The notes: generated by a model from the letters alone, not told the origin. A DNA stretch of 64,000 nucleotides from an uncultured Candidatus Saccharibacteria bacterium (GCA_964467765.1 CAYXSS010000002.1:1310-65309); one strand, 5' to 3'; counted from the stretch's first letter, positions 38,255 through 48,216 are shown. A program made the numbers and translations.

Positions 38255-39574
38255 ATGATTAATACTATGTTGGACGCAAAAATCATCAGAGAACAGCCGG
38301 ATAGAGTAAAGGAATACATCAAAACCAAAAATGCCGACCCAAAGCTCGTCGACAATTTTCTCGATCTCGACAAAAAATGGCGGGAGCTGACCGCGCTTCT
38401 AGATAATTTGCGCGCCGGGCAGAAAAAATTGAGCGAAAACCGCGATATTGATGGCGCGAGAAAAAACAAAGAAGAAATAAAATCGCTCGAAGCGCAGCTG
38501 CCCGACGTGGAAAAAGAAAGGGAGCTTGTTTGGGCGCAGATTCCGAATTTGCCCGATGCGGATGTACCCGTGGGCAAGGACGAAAAAGGAAACAAAGTTT
38601 TGCGGAAATGGGGCGAGCCGAAAAAATTTGATTTCAAACTACTCGATCACATGGAGTTGGGAACAAAGCTCGGTTTGATCGACACGGAGAAGGCGGCAAA
38701 AGTTTCCGGCGCGCGCTTCGGATATTTTATGCGCGAGGCGGCGCTCTTGGAGTTTGCCATCGTCGAGCACGCCTTAGGCGTTTTGACTGACGAGAAAATA
38801 TTAAAAACGCTGGCCGAAAAAATTACCAAGGGGTACTCCGCCAAGCCCTTTGTGCCCGTGATACCGCCGGTAATGATCCGGCCGGAAGTTTTCCGCCGCA
38901 TGGGTCGGCTCGACCCCGGGCAGGAAGAAGAAAGGTATTACTTGCCTAAAGATGATTTATACCTCGTCGGTTCAGCCGAGCACACCCTCGGGCCGCTTCA
39001 CATGGACGAGACGATTCCAGAAGAAAATTTGCCGCTTCGCTACGTCGGTTTTTCCACATCTTTCCGGCGCGAGGCTGGTTCTTACGGAAAAGATACGCGC
39101 GGCATGCTCCGCGTCCACCAGTTCGACAAAATTGAAATCGAATCTTTCACCGCGCCGGAAAATTCTCGCAAAGAACAAGATTTCATCGTTTCGATTCAGG
39201 AGTATCTGATGCAATCCCTCGAACTTCCTTATCTGGTCGTCGCCATTTGCACTGGCGATATGGGCGGGCCGGACGCGCGGCAAATTGACATCGAAACCTG
39301 GTTGCCCGGGCAAGGCAAATACCGCGAAACGCATACCTCGGACATGATGACTGATTACCAGTCGCGGCGATTGGGAACAAAAGTGCGCCGCGCCGGCCCC
39401 TCGGCAGCACTCGGGGCAGGCGGCAAGACGGAATTCGTCCACATGAACGACGCCACGGTTTTCGCCATCGGCCGGATTTTGATCGCCATCATGGAAAATT
39501 ACCAGACAAAAGAGGGCAAAATTAACGTGCCGAAGGTTTTGCAAAAGTATCTCGGAAAGAAAGTAATCGGTTAG
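38255..39574 (+). CDS. serS: seryl-tRNA synthetase
   Basis: An N-terminal coiled-coil (MLDAKIIREQPD) followed by the class II motifs. The start could be 38255 or 38267. Confidence 0.9.
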   Translation: MINTMLDAKIIREQPDRVKEYIKTKNADPKLVDNFLDLDKKWRELTALLDNLRAGQKKLSENRDIDGARKNKEEIKSLEAQLPDVEKERELVWAQIPNLPDADVPVGKDEKGNKVLRKWGEPKKFDFKLLDHMELGTKLGLIDTEKAAKVSGARFGYFMREAALLEFAIVEHALGVLTDEKILKTLAEKITKGYSAKPFVPVIPPVMIRPEVFRRMGRLDPGQEEERYYLPKDDLYLVGSAEHTLGPLHMDETIPEENLPLRYVGFSTSFRREAGSYGKDTRGMLRVHQFDKIEIESFTAPENSRKEQDFIVSIQEYLMQSLELPYLVVAICTGDMGGPDARQIDIETWLPGQGKYRETHTSDMMTDYQSRRLGTKVRRAGPSAALGAGGKTEFVHMNDATVFAIGRILIAIMENYQTKEGKINVPKVLQKYLGKKVIG

Positions 39575-39726
39575 GCGCTGGCCGGTAGGCGACGGTTGGT
39601 TGGCGCTTGTCGGCTGCCGATTGCTAATCGAGCACAAACTGTTGATTTTCCCTATTCTAATTCGCGCGAATAGAAAAATAAGGTATGATATAAGATATTT
39701 AAGATAATGGAGCTGATACTTGAGCA

Positions 39727-40002
39727 ATGAAACAATTGGAAAAAATTTTCAAAGGATTGGCGAATCGGCGGCGGCTTGCGATAATCGCGCTTTTGAGCCG
39801 CAAAAAAGAAATGGCCGTGGCCGACATCGCCGACGAGATTGGTCTTTCGTTCACCGCTACCTCCAAACACTTAGGTATTTTGCGCAACCTTGATATTCTC
39901 GATCGTAGGCAGGAGAGCTTGACGGTTTATTATCGTTTGGCGAATCCTTTGCCTCCGGTCATAAAATTACTTCTCTCAACCATTTCTAATTCGCGCGAAT
40001 AG
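39727..40002 (+). CDS. ArsR-family transcriptional regulator
   Basis: A winged HTH (RRLAIIALLS....VADIADEIGLSFTATSKHLGILRNLDIL). Confidence 0.75.
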   Translation: MKQLEKIFKGLANRRRLAIIALLSRKKEMAVADIADEIGLSFTATSKHLGILRNLDILDRRQESLTVYYRLANPLPPVIKLLLSTISNSRE

Positions 40003-40178
40003 GAAAATAAGATGACAGGAATAAGATAATAGGAAAATAAGGGGTGGGAAAATAGGGAGAAGGAGCAGAAAGTAGAGGCAGGAAAATAATGGGCAAAAAT
40101 AATCTTTTGATTGGGCGGCGAATCGAGCCATTACGATTGCTTGATAAATCTGGCGCCGGATTGAGCCACTGCAAAAAT

Positions 40179-40208
40179 TTGACAAAATAGCAAAAACCAT
40201 GCTATAAT
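40179..40208 (+). promoter_or_regulatory. consensus sigma70 promoter (TTGACA-18-TATAAT)
   Basis: Perfect hexamers upstream of duplicated-gene copy B. Confidence 0.55.
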
Positions 40209-40252
40209 GGATTTAGCGCCTGAGAAATCCGGCGACTTCACAAAACAAAAGG

Positions 40253-40975
40253 ATGCTGACCATGAAGAAGGAAATGGTCGGTTGTGCGTCGGGGAAACCT
40301 GACGTGCGGGAAGTAACGAAGGTTTTGGCGGACATCGCCGTCAAAATCGGCAACGGAACGATCTCTCTCGACGAAGCCAAGGCATTCGCGGTGCGCAAGC
40401 AGCCGTTTACGGGGCGCATCTCGAAGGTCTTGCGGGAGGAGCACGAACGCTTCTACCGCGAGGAGCTCGGCATGGAAGTCGACTTTTCTGGCGTCCGCGT
40501 CCCGGACGAGCCGGGCGGCTTCGACCGCGTGCTTATCGTGGCCAAAGGGCTCACGATCGAGCGCGTGATCGCCGCCTGCCGCCGCCACTTTGCGGTGAGC
40601 ACGTATCGCGATAACCTCTCTGATGCCGACATGAAGTCGAACGAACGCACGCCCGCGGAAGGGCACTACGCCATCCGCGTGCGCAACCGTGAGGAAGCAG
40701 ACGAGGAGCTCAAAAACCTCTCGGCCGAAGACGTCCTTGCCCGCAGCCTCAAGACCGAAACGCTCCTCGAGCGCCTGCTCCACGAGCTCAAGTACTTCCG
40801 GGAAACCGGAAAACATTTGGACGCGGACAACTGGACGCTCTGTTCAGGTTCGCGGATTTCCTATGGCTGCGTGCCGCGCGTGGGCTGGAACAGGTGGGAC
40901 CGCGGGCTCTGCGTGTACTGGGCCAACCGGTCGCACCGGCACGGCGATCTGCGCCCTCGGGCGGTAGTCTTGTAA
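40253..40975 (+). CDS. GC-rich hypothetical protein, duplicated-gene copy B
   Basis: Positions 40437-40961 are nucleotide-identical to 36643-37167. The N-terminal roughly 60 aa have diverged. Confidence 0.6.
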   Translation: MLTMKKEMVGCASGKPDVREVTKVLADIAVKIGNGTISLDEAKAFAVRKQPFTGRISKVLREEHERFYREELGMEVDFSGVRVPDEPGGFDRVLIVAKGLTIERVIAACRRHFAVSTYRDNLSDADMKSNERTPAEGHYAIRVRNREEADEELKNLSAEDVLARSLKTETLLERLLHELKYFRETGKHLDADNWTLCSGSRISYGCVPRVGWNRWDRGLCVYWANRSHRHGDLRPRAVVL

Positions 40976-41006
40976 GTAACCCTAGAACTTTGTTCCTCCA
41001 ACCCTT

Positions 41007-41038
41007 GTGGCTCGACCTTGTCGAGCCACAATTTTTTC
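41007..41038 (+). terminator. rho-independent terminator
   Basis: A 10-bp gtggctcgac/gtcgagccac stem followed by tttttt. Confidence 0.6.
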
Positions 41039-41327
41039 AATAGACTCAAATCGGCTAATACAACCGGCCGAGCGCATAAATTTTTGTGCGTTCGACAGCG
41101 GTTTGCCACAGTACGAAGGAAACTGCTTATCCGTTTTTAGTGAGGATTGTTTTTTGGCATGCCTCAAAATACAAACTGATCGCCACATTATCGCGTGTTG
41201 CGAACCAAAACGAAGCGGCGGATGTTTCAGAAAATATCGGAAAAGAACTTAGCGTCATATTTGGGCGTGTTGAGCCACTGCCGCGGGCATAAAATCAGAA
41301 AAAAGATTATGATGAAAGTATTGCACA

Positions 41328-42527
41328 ATGAAAACCTCGATCGGTAAAAACCTAAGAACCTGGATCGAGATCGATTCGCGGGCGGCGAAGAAGAATTATG
41401 ATGTTTTCAGAAAACTTTTGCAGCCCATTCGACAAGTTCAGGGCAAGCCCATTCGACCCGCTTCGCTCGCGAAGCGAGGCGAGCAAGTTCAGGGCAAAGC
41501 CGCTCCGCGCCTTTGGTCAGTTGTAAAATCCAACGCTTACGGCCACGGGTTAATTATTTTTTCGCGACTTGCGCAAAAACTGGGAATAGACGGTTTCTGC
41601 GTCGATTCTTTAGTGGAAGGGTTGCGTCTGCGGAAAGAAGGCATCAAAAAACCCATTCTGGTTTTGGGGCCGACGCTGCCGGCGCTTTTTCCGGAGGCGG
41701 CGAAACAAAAAATCACGATCACAATATCTAATTTCGAGGCCTTGAGAAACCTCGTGCAGTTGAAAACCGCTCCGGCATTTCATATTAAGGTAGACACTGG
41801 CATGCACCGGCAAGGGTTTTATCTTGGCGACCTGCCAAGAGTCATCAATACAATTGCCAAATATCAAATACCAATCACCGGAATTTATACACATTTTTCT
41901 TCTGCAAAGGACATTAATTATCCGACATATACAGAAAAACAATTTGCCGAATTTCAAAAAGCGGCAAAATTATTTGAACAAGCCGGTTTCAATAATTTGA
42001 TAAAACATTGCGCAGCAACTGGTGCGACGCTGATTGATCCTAAATATCACCTCGACGCTGTGCGTGTTGGCATCGGGCTTTACGGCCTCTGGCCGTCTAA
42101 AGAACTGGAAATTCAACTCGGCGTAAAAATTCATTTACAGCCGGTTTTGAGATGGCGCGCCGTAATAAGTGAAATGAAAAAATTGGATAAGGGTGATTAT
42201 GTCGGCTACGATTTGGCCGAGCGGATTCCGCAGACGATGCGGGCCGCGATCATGCCCGTTGGTTACTGGCACGGTTTGCCGAGGTCGCTTTCGCATATCG
42301 GCGAGGTTTTAATAAAAGGGAGAAGGGCGAAAATCATCGGCAAAGTTTCCATGGATCTTTCGGTTGTCGGTCCGGTTTTGGCAGCCGCTGCCGGCGACGT
42401 GGCGACGCTTATCGGCAGAGAGGGCAAAGAAGAGATTTCCGCTTTTGAGGTTGCCCAGCGCGCGGGGACAATACACTACGAATTTTTGACCCGACTTAAT
42501 CCTCTGATAGAAAGAATATTGTCTTAA
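41328..42527 (+). CDS. alr: alanine racemase with an N-terminal in-frame insertion
   Basis: The PLP site (VVKSNAYGHG) and an overall Alr profile. An extra segment of about 30 aa (QPIRQVQGKPIRPASLAKRGEQVQGKAAPR) is encoded by repeat-rich DNA. Confidence 0.85.
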   Translation: MKTSIGKNLRTWIEIDSRAAKKNYDVFRKLLQPIRQVQGKPIRPASLAKRGEQVQGKAAPRLWSVVKSNAYGHGLIIFSRLAQKLGIDGFCVDSLVEGLRLRKEGIKKPILVLGPTLPALFPEAAKQKITITISNFEALRNLVQLKTAPAFHIKVDTGMHRQGFYLGDLPRVINTIAKYQIPITGIYTHFSSAKDINYPTYTEKQFAEFQKAAKLFEQAGFNNLIKHCAATGATLIDPKYHLDAVRVGIGLYGLWPSKELEIQLGVKIHLQPVLRWRAVISEMKKLDKGDYVGYDLAERIPQTMRAAIMPVGYWHGLPRSLSHIGEVLIKGRRAKIIGKVSMDLSVVGPVLAAAAGDVATLIGREGKEEISAFEVAQRAGTIHYEFLTRLNPLIERILS

Positions 42528-42528
42528 A

Positions 42529-43362
42529 ATGTTCGGCCGGAAAAAAGACGTGGCCGGGGTTGCTTACCTTCCCGAAGGCCGATACGAGCGCAAGAGAAAG
42601 CGCTTTTACTCCGCTGTTTTAACTGCCGCCGTTGTTTTTTATCTGCTTGCCGACCTTGCCGCATGGTTTATCTTGCGCACGCCGACATTTCAGATAAAAG
42701 AAGTCAGGTTTGTTGGAGGAGAAGAGGCGACGAACGGCAGAGTGGCGAGCGTTATTCTTTCCCGTGCCATCCGTGGCAGTTTTTGGCGAGCGGTTTTAGG
42801 AGTAAACAACATGCTTGTTTGGCCGGGGACGCTTGATGGCGAAGGATTGGCTTTTTTACCGGACTTAAAGAGCGTTACAATCGAAAAAAATTATGAGAAA
42901 GGCGCAGTTACTGTTAAAATCGAAGAGCGGATGCCTTACGGCATATGGTGCGAGGCAGGCACTTCGCCGGAGGTCGGCGATTGCTGGTGGTTCGACGAAG
43001 AAGGGGTGATTTTCAAGCGGGCGATTTTTACCGAAGGCAGCGTTATCACAACGGTGCTGGATTATTCGCAAAGCGGTCTTGGATTGCGAAAAAAAGTTTT
43101 GCCGGAAAAATTTATTGCAAACGCGCTTTCCGTTTTCGATGTTTTGCGGGACAGCGGCTTGGCGGTAAAAGCCATGCGCTTGAACGATCTGAAACTGGAA
43201 GAGCTGGAGGTTTTAATTTTCGGCGGGCCGAAATTTTATTTCAGCCTAAGATTTCCGGCAAATAGTTTGAGAGAAGTTATTAGAAATTTTTCCGGCCAAG
43301 GCGGGTTTGCAAACTTGCAGTATTTGGATTTTCGCGTTGAAAACAGAGTGTATTATAAATAA
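42529..43362 (+). CDS. FtsQ/DivIB-like cell-division protein (POTRA)
   Basis: One TM helix and then a POTRA-like region (IKEVRFVGGEE). The genes around it have cell-wall functions. Confidence 0.45.
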   Translation: MFGRKKDVAGVAYLPEGRYERKRKRFYSAVLTAAVVFYLLADLAAWFILRTPTFQIKEVRFVGGEEATNGRVASVILSRAIRGSFWRAVLGVNNMLVWPGTLDGEGLAFLPDLKSVTIEKNYEKGAVTVKIEERMPYGIWCEAGTSPEVGDCWWFDEEGVIFKRAIFTEGSVITTVLDYSQSGLGLRKKVLPEKFIANALSVFDVLRDSGLAVKAMRLNDLKLEELEVLIFGGPKFYFSLRFPANSLREVIRNFSGQGGFANLQYLDFRVENRVYYK

Positions 43363-43375
43363 TCAAGCTAATTTA

Positions 43376-45292
43376 ATGGCGGAAGAACGGTTAACCGGCG
43401 GGAAAAGGAAGGGCCTGCCACGCGGCATCGGCTGGGCGGTATTTGCCGTCGCTGTTCTTTTTGTTGTCGGCTTGGTTATATCATTTCGTTTGACACAGGA
43501 GCGGATTTTAAGAAGCGCGACAAAAAATTTAGAACAATTCCAGGCCGGCGTGGACGCTCTCAAAAAATTTGACGCCAGATCGGCAGAAGAGAAATTCTCG
43601 GCTATCGGCGAAGCAAAAAATCCGGAGCAGACGATGGAAAATTTTTGGTCTCTTTTTGGCGGAGCAAAAGAAATTTTCTCCGGCTTCCGCAATATATCAA
43701 CGCAAGCAGTTGTTCTCTCGCAAGAACTTGATTTTTTCAAGCGCGACGCAGCCGGTCTTTTCCTAAATCGTGGCGGAAGCGTTTTACTTGAGCATTTGAA
43801 ATCCGCACGTTCGGCGCTGCAAATAATAAACGAAGAAAGCAGAAAATTTTCTTCTCTTTCCTCCGTAATTCCGCGCTCAGCGTCCGTGAAATCTTTTCCT
43901 GAATTTTATTTGCCGCTTGCTTTGGATGCAGAGAGGGTTAAGTCGCTGCTTGATACCGCCATATCGTGGCTCGGATCCGAAAGAAAAATTCTCGTCTTCT
44001 TGCAAAATCCGTCCGAAATTCGTCCGGCGGGAGGATTTCTCGGCAGTTACGCGATTTTATCCATCGCCAACGGAGAACTGGAACAAATAGAAGTCCGCGA
44101 CATCAACGAAGTTGACAGAACATTCGATAAAAAAATTATTCCGCCGAAAGCCCTGCAATCTGCGGTCAAGTCGTGGCGGCCAGCGGACGCCAACTGGTTT
44201 TTTGATTTTTCCTTGTCGGCCGAAAAAACAATGGAATTTTTCGAGGCATCCGGACTTTATAAAGGAGAAAAGTTCGATGGGGCCGCCGCAATTTCTCCAA
44301 AAATCGCGCAGGATATTTTGGCGATTGTCGGACCGATTGAAATTCCGAAAAAGAAGCTGGTCTTGAATAGGGATAATTTCCTCGTAGAAACGCAAAGAGT
44401 TGTCCAAGAAGGTCAGGCAGCCGGAGCAACTTATCCCAAAAAAGTCCTGGAGGAGCTGGCGCCGCTTCTTGTGGCAAAAACTGCTTCGCTGGGCGATAAA
44501 GACAAAGACAAAATTTGGGATTTGGTTGCGAACTGGGTTCAAAACAAGGACGTTGTTCTGTATTTTCGCGACGAGAAACTGGAAAATCTGGCCGATTATT
44601 ACGGGGCAGCTGGCAAATTATACGAATTGCCGACGGGATTTAACGGCGATTACCTGGCGATTGTTGACGCCAGTGTTGGCGGCGGAAAATCGGATTTATT
44701 CGTTAAGCAAGCTGTTTCTTTAGAAAGCCAAATTAATAGCGACGGCACGGCAAGCAACCATCTTGTTATCGAGCGGGTGCACCAGGGAAGCAAGAGCAAA
44801 TATTGGTGGTATAAAACCCCGAATCAGGACTATCTCCAAATTTACGTTCCGCGCGGAGCCGTGCTGACAAATTTCAGCGGCGGTTTCGAGAAAAAAATTG
44901 CGGCTCCGATCGATTTTGCCCGCACCGGCTATCAAACCGATTCTCTTCTTGCCTCGGCCGAATCCTCAACGGAAAAAGTTTTTAGTTACCCGGCCGTAGA
45001 AACACGCCTCGAAGGCGGCAAAAGGATTTTTTCAACCTGGTCGCAGGTTAAATCCGGAGAAAAAACCAAAATTTCTTTCGATTACGCCAATCGCTCGGCT
45101 TTTATTCCGGAAGACGGCGCGAAATACGAATTTGTTTTCGAAAAACAGGCCGGCACGAACCGAGGCTATAAATTCCAAATCAGCGCTCCGGTCGGTTTCG
45201 TATTTAAAGAAAACGGCTTGCCGGTTTGGACGTACGAAACCGACGACATTCCGGGGCGGCTGGTAGTGGACTTGACATTGGAGAGGATATAG
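43376..45292 (+). CDS. large membrane-anchored extracytoplasmic hypothetical protein
   Basis: One N-terminal TM helix and no recognised catalytic motif. The start was moved to MAEERL. Confidence 0.5.
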   Translation: MAEERLTGGKRKGLPRGIGWAVFAVAVLFVVGLVISFRLTQERILRSATKNLEQFQAGVDALKKFDARSAEEKFSAIGEAKNPEQTMENFWSLFGGAKEIFSGFRNISTQAVVLSQELDFFKRDAAGLFLNRGGSVLLEHLKSARSALQIINEESRKFSSLSSVIPRSASVKSFPEFYLPLALDAERVKSLLDTAISWLGSERKILVFLQNPSEIRPAGGFLGSYAILSIANGELEQIEVRDINEVDRTFDKKIIPPKALQSAVKSWRPADANWFFDFSLSAEKTMEFFEASGLYKGEKFDGAAAISPKIAQDILAIVGPIEIPKKKLVLNRDNFLVETQRVVQEGQAAGATYPKKVLEELAPLLVAKTASLGDKDKDKIWDLVANWVQNKDVVLYFRDEKLENLADYYGAAGKLYELPTGFNGDYLAIVDASVGGGKSDLFVKQAVSLESQINSDGTASNHLVIERVHQGSKSKYWWYKTPNQDYLQIYVPRGAVLTNFSGGFEKKIAAPIDFARTGYQTDSLLASAESSTEKVFSYPAVETRLEGGKRIFSTWSQVKSGEKTKISFDYANRSAFIPEDGAKYEFVFEKQAGTNRGYKFQISAPVGFVFKENGLPVWTYETDDIPGRLVVDLTLERI

Positions 45293-45357
45293 AATATAAT
45301 ATAGCCAGTACCGTAACGATGCGTCGTTACGGACTAAAGGCAAAAAGGAGGATGGCA

Positions 45358-45732
45358 ATGAACGAGAAGGGAAAGACGTTTCTGTTCGGATTGCTTCTGG
45401 CAGTCGTTGGTTTGGGAGGATTCGTACTCACCTCGCCCGGACCGCAGTACCTCAAAGGAGATTTTCTCTTATACCTCGTCTATACGGCGCCGGGATCAAG
45501 TGTGTCTGCTTATGGCATGCTTTCCATACTGGCGCATTCCAAGTTGCTGGGGCTGCCATCAAGTTTCTATCATGAGTCTGTACGGATAATGGCTCTGAGG
45601 TCTGTGTGTTTGTGGGTCGGCCTTTACAGCATTATGATCCTCGGTTTCGCAGCTCTTGCACCGAAAAGTTTTTTCAAGGATACCGATCTTGTTTCCGGGC
45701 CGATCGAAGGCGATTCTACAGATATCCCGTAG
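45358..45732 (+). CDS. small polytopic membrane hypothetical protein
   Basis: An SD (AAAGGAGG) precedes the ATG at 45358. Three or four hydrophobic helices are present. Confidence 0.45.
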   Translation: MNEKGKTFLFGLLLAVVGLGGFVLTSPGPQYLKGDFLLYLVYTAPGSSVSAYGMLSILAHSKLLGLPSSFYHESVRIMALRSVCLWVGLYSIMILGFAALAPKSFFKDTDLVSGPIEGDSTDIP

Positions 45733-45874
45733 TTTCTCTGCCCCAGCGTAAACGCGCCGGGGTTTTTATTTTTTGTTGACACTAAAAAATTTCAGATATA
45801 TACTGCTTTTAGCGTCGGCGTTCTGTTTCGGCGCCGGAAAAAATCTCCGCAGGAGCGGAGAAATAGGAGTGGAA

Positions 45875-46285
45875 ATGAAAAAAGCATTTCTGTCGGCTGT
45901 TTTTGTTTTAGCGTTACCGATCTTTGTTTTTGCCCAAAAAGCCATCCCTACCGATCCGCGAGGCGTAATAGTTTTCGGCGAGGAAAACAACGGGGAAACC
46001 TTTCGTATCGGCAAGAGCGATGTTTTGATGATCAGTCTTTTAGCAGAGCTTGGCACCGGATACGATTGGCGCATTGTCGGATACGATAAAAAAATCCTTA
46101 AATATTACGGGAAGAACACAATCGACCTGTCCGATTCCGGATATCCTGTCAGAAAAACGGAAGAGACTTACAAATTCAAAGCCAGAAGGAAAGGCGTTTC
46201 CTGCGTCAAATTGGAATACGGTCGACGACGGGATAAACAATATAGAAACAGGAAAAGAGTGGTTATCATAGTGGAAGTTGAATAA
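45875..46285 (+). CDS. secreted hypothetical protein
   Basis: An SD (AGGAG) and a signal peptide (MKKAFLSAVFVLALPIFVFAQ). Confidence 0.45.
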   Translation: MKKAFLSAVFVLALPIFVFAQKAIPTDPRGVIVFGEENNGETFRIGKSDVLMISLLAELGTGYDWRIVGYDKKILKYYGKNTIDLSDSGYPVRKTEETYKFKARRKGVSCVKLEYGRRRDKQYRNRKRVVIIVEVE

Positions 46286-46347
46286 TTTCCGCATCAATCC
46301 TCTGCCGAAAAGCAGAGGTTTTCTTTTTTGCTTAACAAACTAAGATT

Positions 46348-48129
46348 ATGTTCATGGACAACATCAGAAACTTCGTCATCATTGCCCATATTGACTCCGG
46401 CAAATCGACGCTCGCCGACAGGATGCTCGAAATCACCGGCACGGTCGAGGCGCGCAACATGCGGCCGCAGTATTTGGACAAAATGGAGCTTGAACGAGAG
46501 AGAGGCATCACTATTAAAATGGCCCCCGTGCGGATGAACTATGGTCAATATGTGCTCAACCTGATTGACACCCCCGGACACTCCGATTTTTCTTACGAAG
46601 TTTCCCGCGCGCTTGCGGCCGTTGAGGGAGCGATACTTTTGGTTGACGGCACAAAAGGAATTCAGGCGCAGACTTTGTCTAATTTGCGGGCGGCTCGCAA
46701 GGCAGGCCTTACGATCATCGGCGCCGTAAATAAAATCGATCTCAACTTGCCGCAGCTGCCGCGAGTCATAAAATCCGTTTCCAACCTGCTTGGCGTCCGC
46801 GAGGAAGAAATTTTTAAGATTTCGGCAAAAACAGGCGATGGCGTGGGCGACTTGATCGAAGAGGTGGTAAAAAAAATCCCCCCGCCAAAAATTTTGCTCG
46901 GGGATGTCGGCCGGGCCCTTATTTTCGATTCTTTATACGACGATCACAAAGGAATTATCGCCTTCGTTCGCGTATTTGGCGGTGAATTTAGTGGCGGCAA
47001 TGAGGCAGAATTTATTGCCGCTAAGACAAAATTCAAAATCAAAGAGCTGGGATTTTTTTCGCCGGAATTCAAATCAAGCAAAGAAATTAAATCCGGAGAA
47101 ATCGGTTATATGGCAACAGGCCTGAAAGAACCGAATCTTGTGCGGGTGGGAGATACGGTTTTAAAAATTGAAAATTCAAAATTCAAAATTGACGACCTGA
47201 TTTTGTCGGGCTACAGAGAGCCCGCGCCGGTTGTTTTCATTTCTTTTTATCCCGACGGAGCAACGAAATTCGAGGAATTACAAAGGGGTTTGGAAAGACT
47301 ACGACTCACCGATGCCGCGCTCCATTTCGAGCCGGACGCGAACGAGGCGCTGGGCAGGGGATTTAAAGTCGGTTTTTTGGGCCAGCTTCATTTTGAAATT
47401 ATCGCAAGCCGCCTCAAGCGCGAATTCGGCCTTAATTTTTTGACCAGTTTTCCCTCTATCGCCTACAGGATTATAGAAAACGGGAAAGAAAAAATTATAA
47501 AGCAGCCGCAAGACTTTCCGGATAAGCCGGACAAGGTTTGGCAGCCGATGATCAAGCTTGAAATGCTCACGCCGCAGCCGCATTTGAGTTCTGTGGCCAA
47601 CCTGAAAAATATTTTTGATTTGGAAGTAAAGACGGTTGAGAATATGGGCGATAGCCTGCTGATTACTGCCCGCATGCCGCTTGCCGAGCTTATTCGCGAC
47701 TTCGACGACAAACTAAAGTCCGCCTCATCCGGCTACGCCTCGTTCAGTTACGAGCTTGACGGCGAAAGCGAAGCCGATGTCGAGAAATTGGAAATTTTAA
47801 TCGTTGGCGATATTGTTCCGGCGCTGACGCGCATTGTTGCCAAAAAAGATTTGGAACGCGAGGCCCGCGGTACGGTGGAGCGCCTCAAGGAGCTCTTGCC
47901 CAAGCAGCAATTTGTTCAGCCGATTCAGGCAAGAGCGCAGGGCAGGATTATAGCCCGGGAAACGATTCCGGCGATGAAAAAACTTCTCGGTAATTTCGGC
48001 AAAACCGGAGGAGACAGAACGCGCAAAATGAAATTATGGAAAAAACAGCAGCGCGGCAAGGAAAAACTTCAGAGTATGGCCCGCGTGGAATTGACGCCGG
48101 AAGTATTCAGGGAAATTTTGAAAAAGTGA
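46348..48129 (+). CDS. lepA: translation elongation factor 4
   Basis: A GTPase N-terminus (NFVIIAHIDSGKSTLADRML, DTPGHSDF) and the LepA C-terminal domain. Confidence 0.9.
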   Translation: MFMDNIRNFVIIAHIDSGKSTLADRMLEITGTVEARNMRPQYLDKMELERERGITIKMAPVRMNYGQYVLNLIDTPGHSDFSYEVSRALAAVEGAILLVDGTKGIQAQTLSNLRAARKAGLTIIGAVNKIDLNLPQLPRVIKSVSNLLGVREEEIFKISAKTGDGVGDLIEEVVKKIPPPKILLGDVGRALIFDSLYDDHKGIIAFVRVFGGEFSGGNEAEFIAAKTKFKIKELGFFSPEFKSSKEIKSGEIGYMATGLKEPNLVRVGDTVLKIENSKFKIDDLILSGYREPAPVVFISFYPDGATKFEELQRGLERLRLTDAALHFEPDANEALGRGFKVGFLGQLHFEIIASRLKREFGLNFLTSFPSIAYRIIENGKEKIIKQPQDFPDKPDKVWQPMIKLEMLTPQPHLSSVANLKNIFDLEVKTVENMGDSLLITARMPLAELIRDFDDKLKSASSGYASFSYELDGESEADVEKLEILIVGDIVPALTRIVAKKDLEREARGTVERLKELLPKQQFVQPIQARAQGRIIARETIPAMKKLLGNFGKTGGDRTRKMKLWKKQQRGKEKLQSMARVELTPEVFREILKK

Positions 48130-48216
48130 AGCTTTCGCAGCCCGAAGTCGCGGCCGCTTTTTTACGGACTTGTTACGGACTTGTTTACGATTGTTTTCTT
48201 CGTTATCTTGAAGATA

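Noticed and set aside
40003-40100. The purine-rich aatagg/aaaataag repeat tract as a CRISPR array.
   Set aside because: The repeats are short, irregular and not separated by unique spacers of uniform length. No cas genes are present.
36643-40961. The possibility that the two repeats are a diversity-generating retroelement TR/VR pair.
   Set aside because: The repeats are 100% identical with no adenine-specific mismatches, and they are much longer than typical DGR TR/VR repeats. No reverse transcriptase gene is present.
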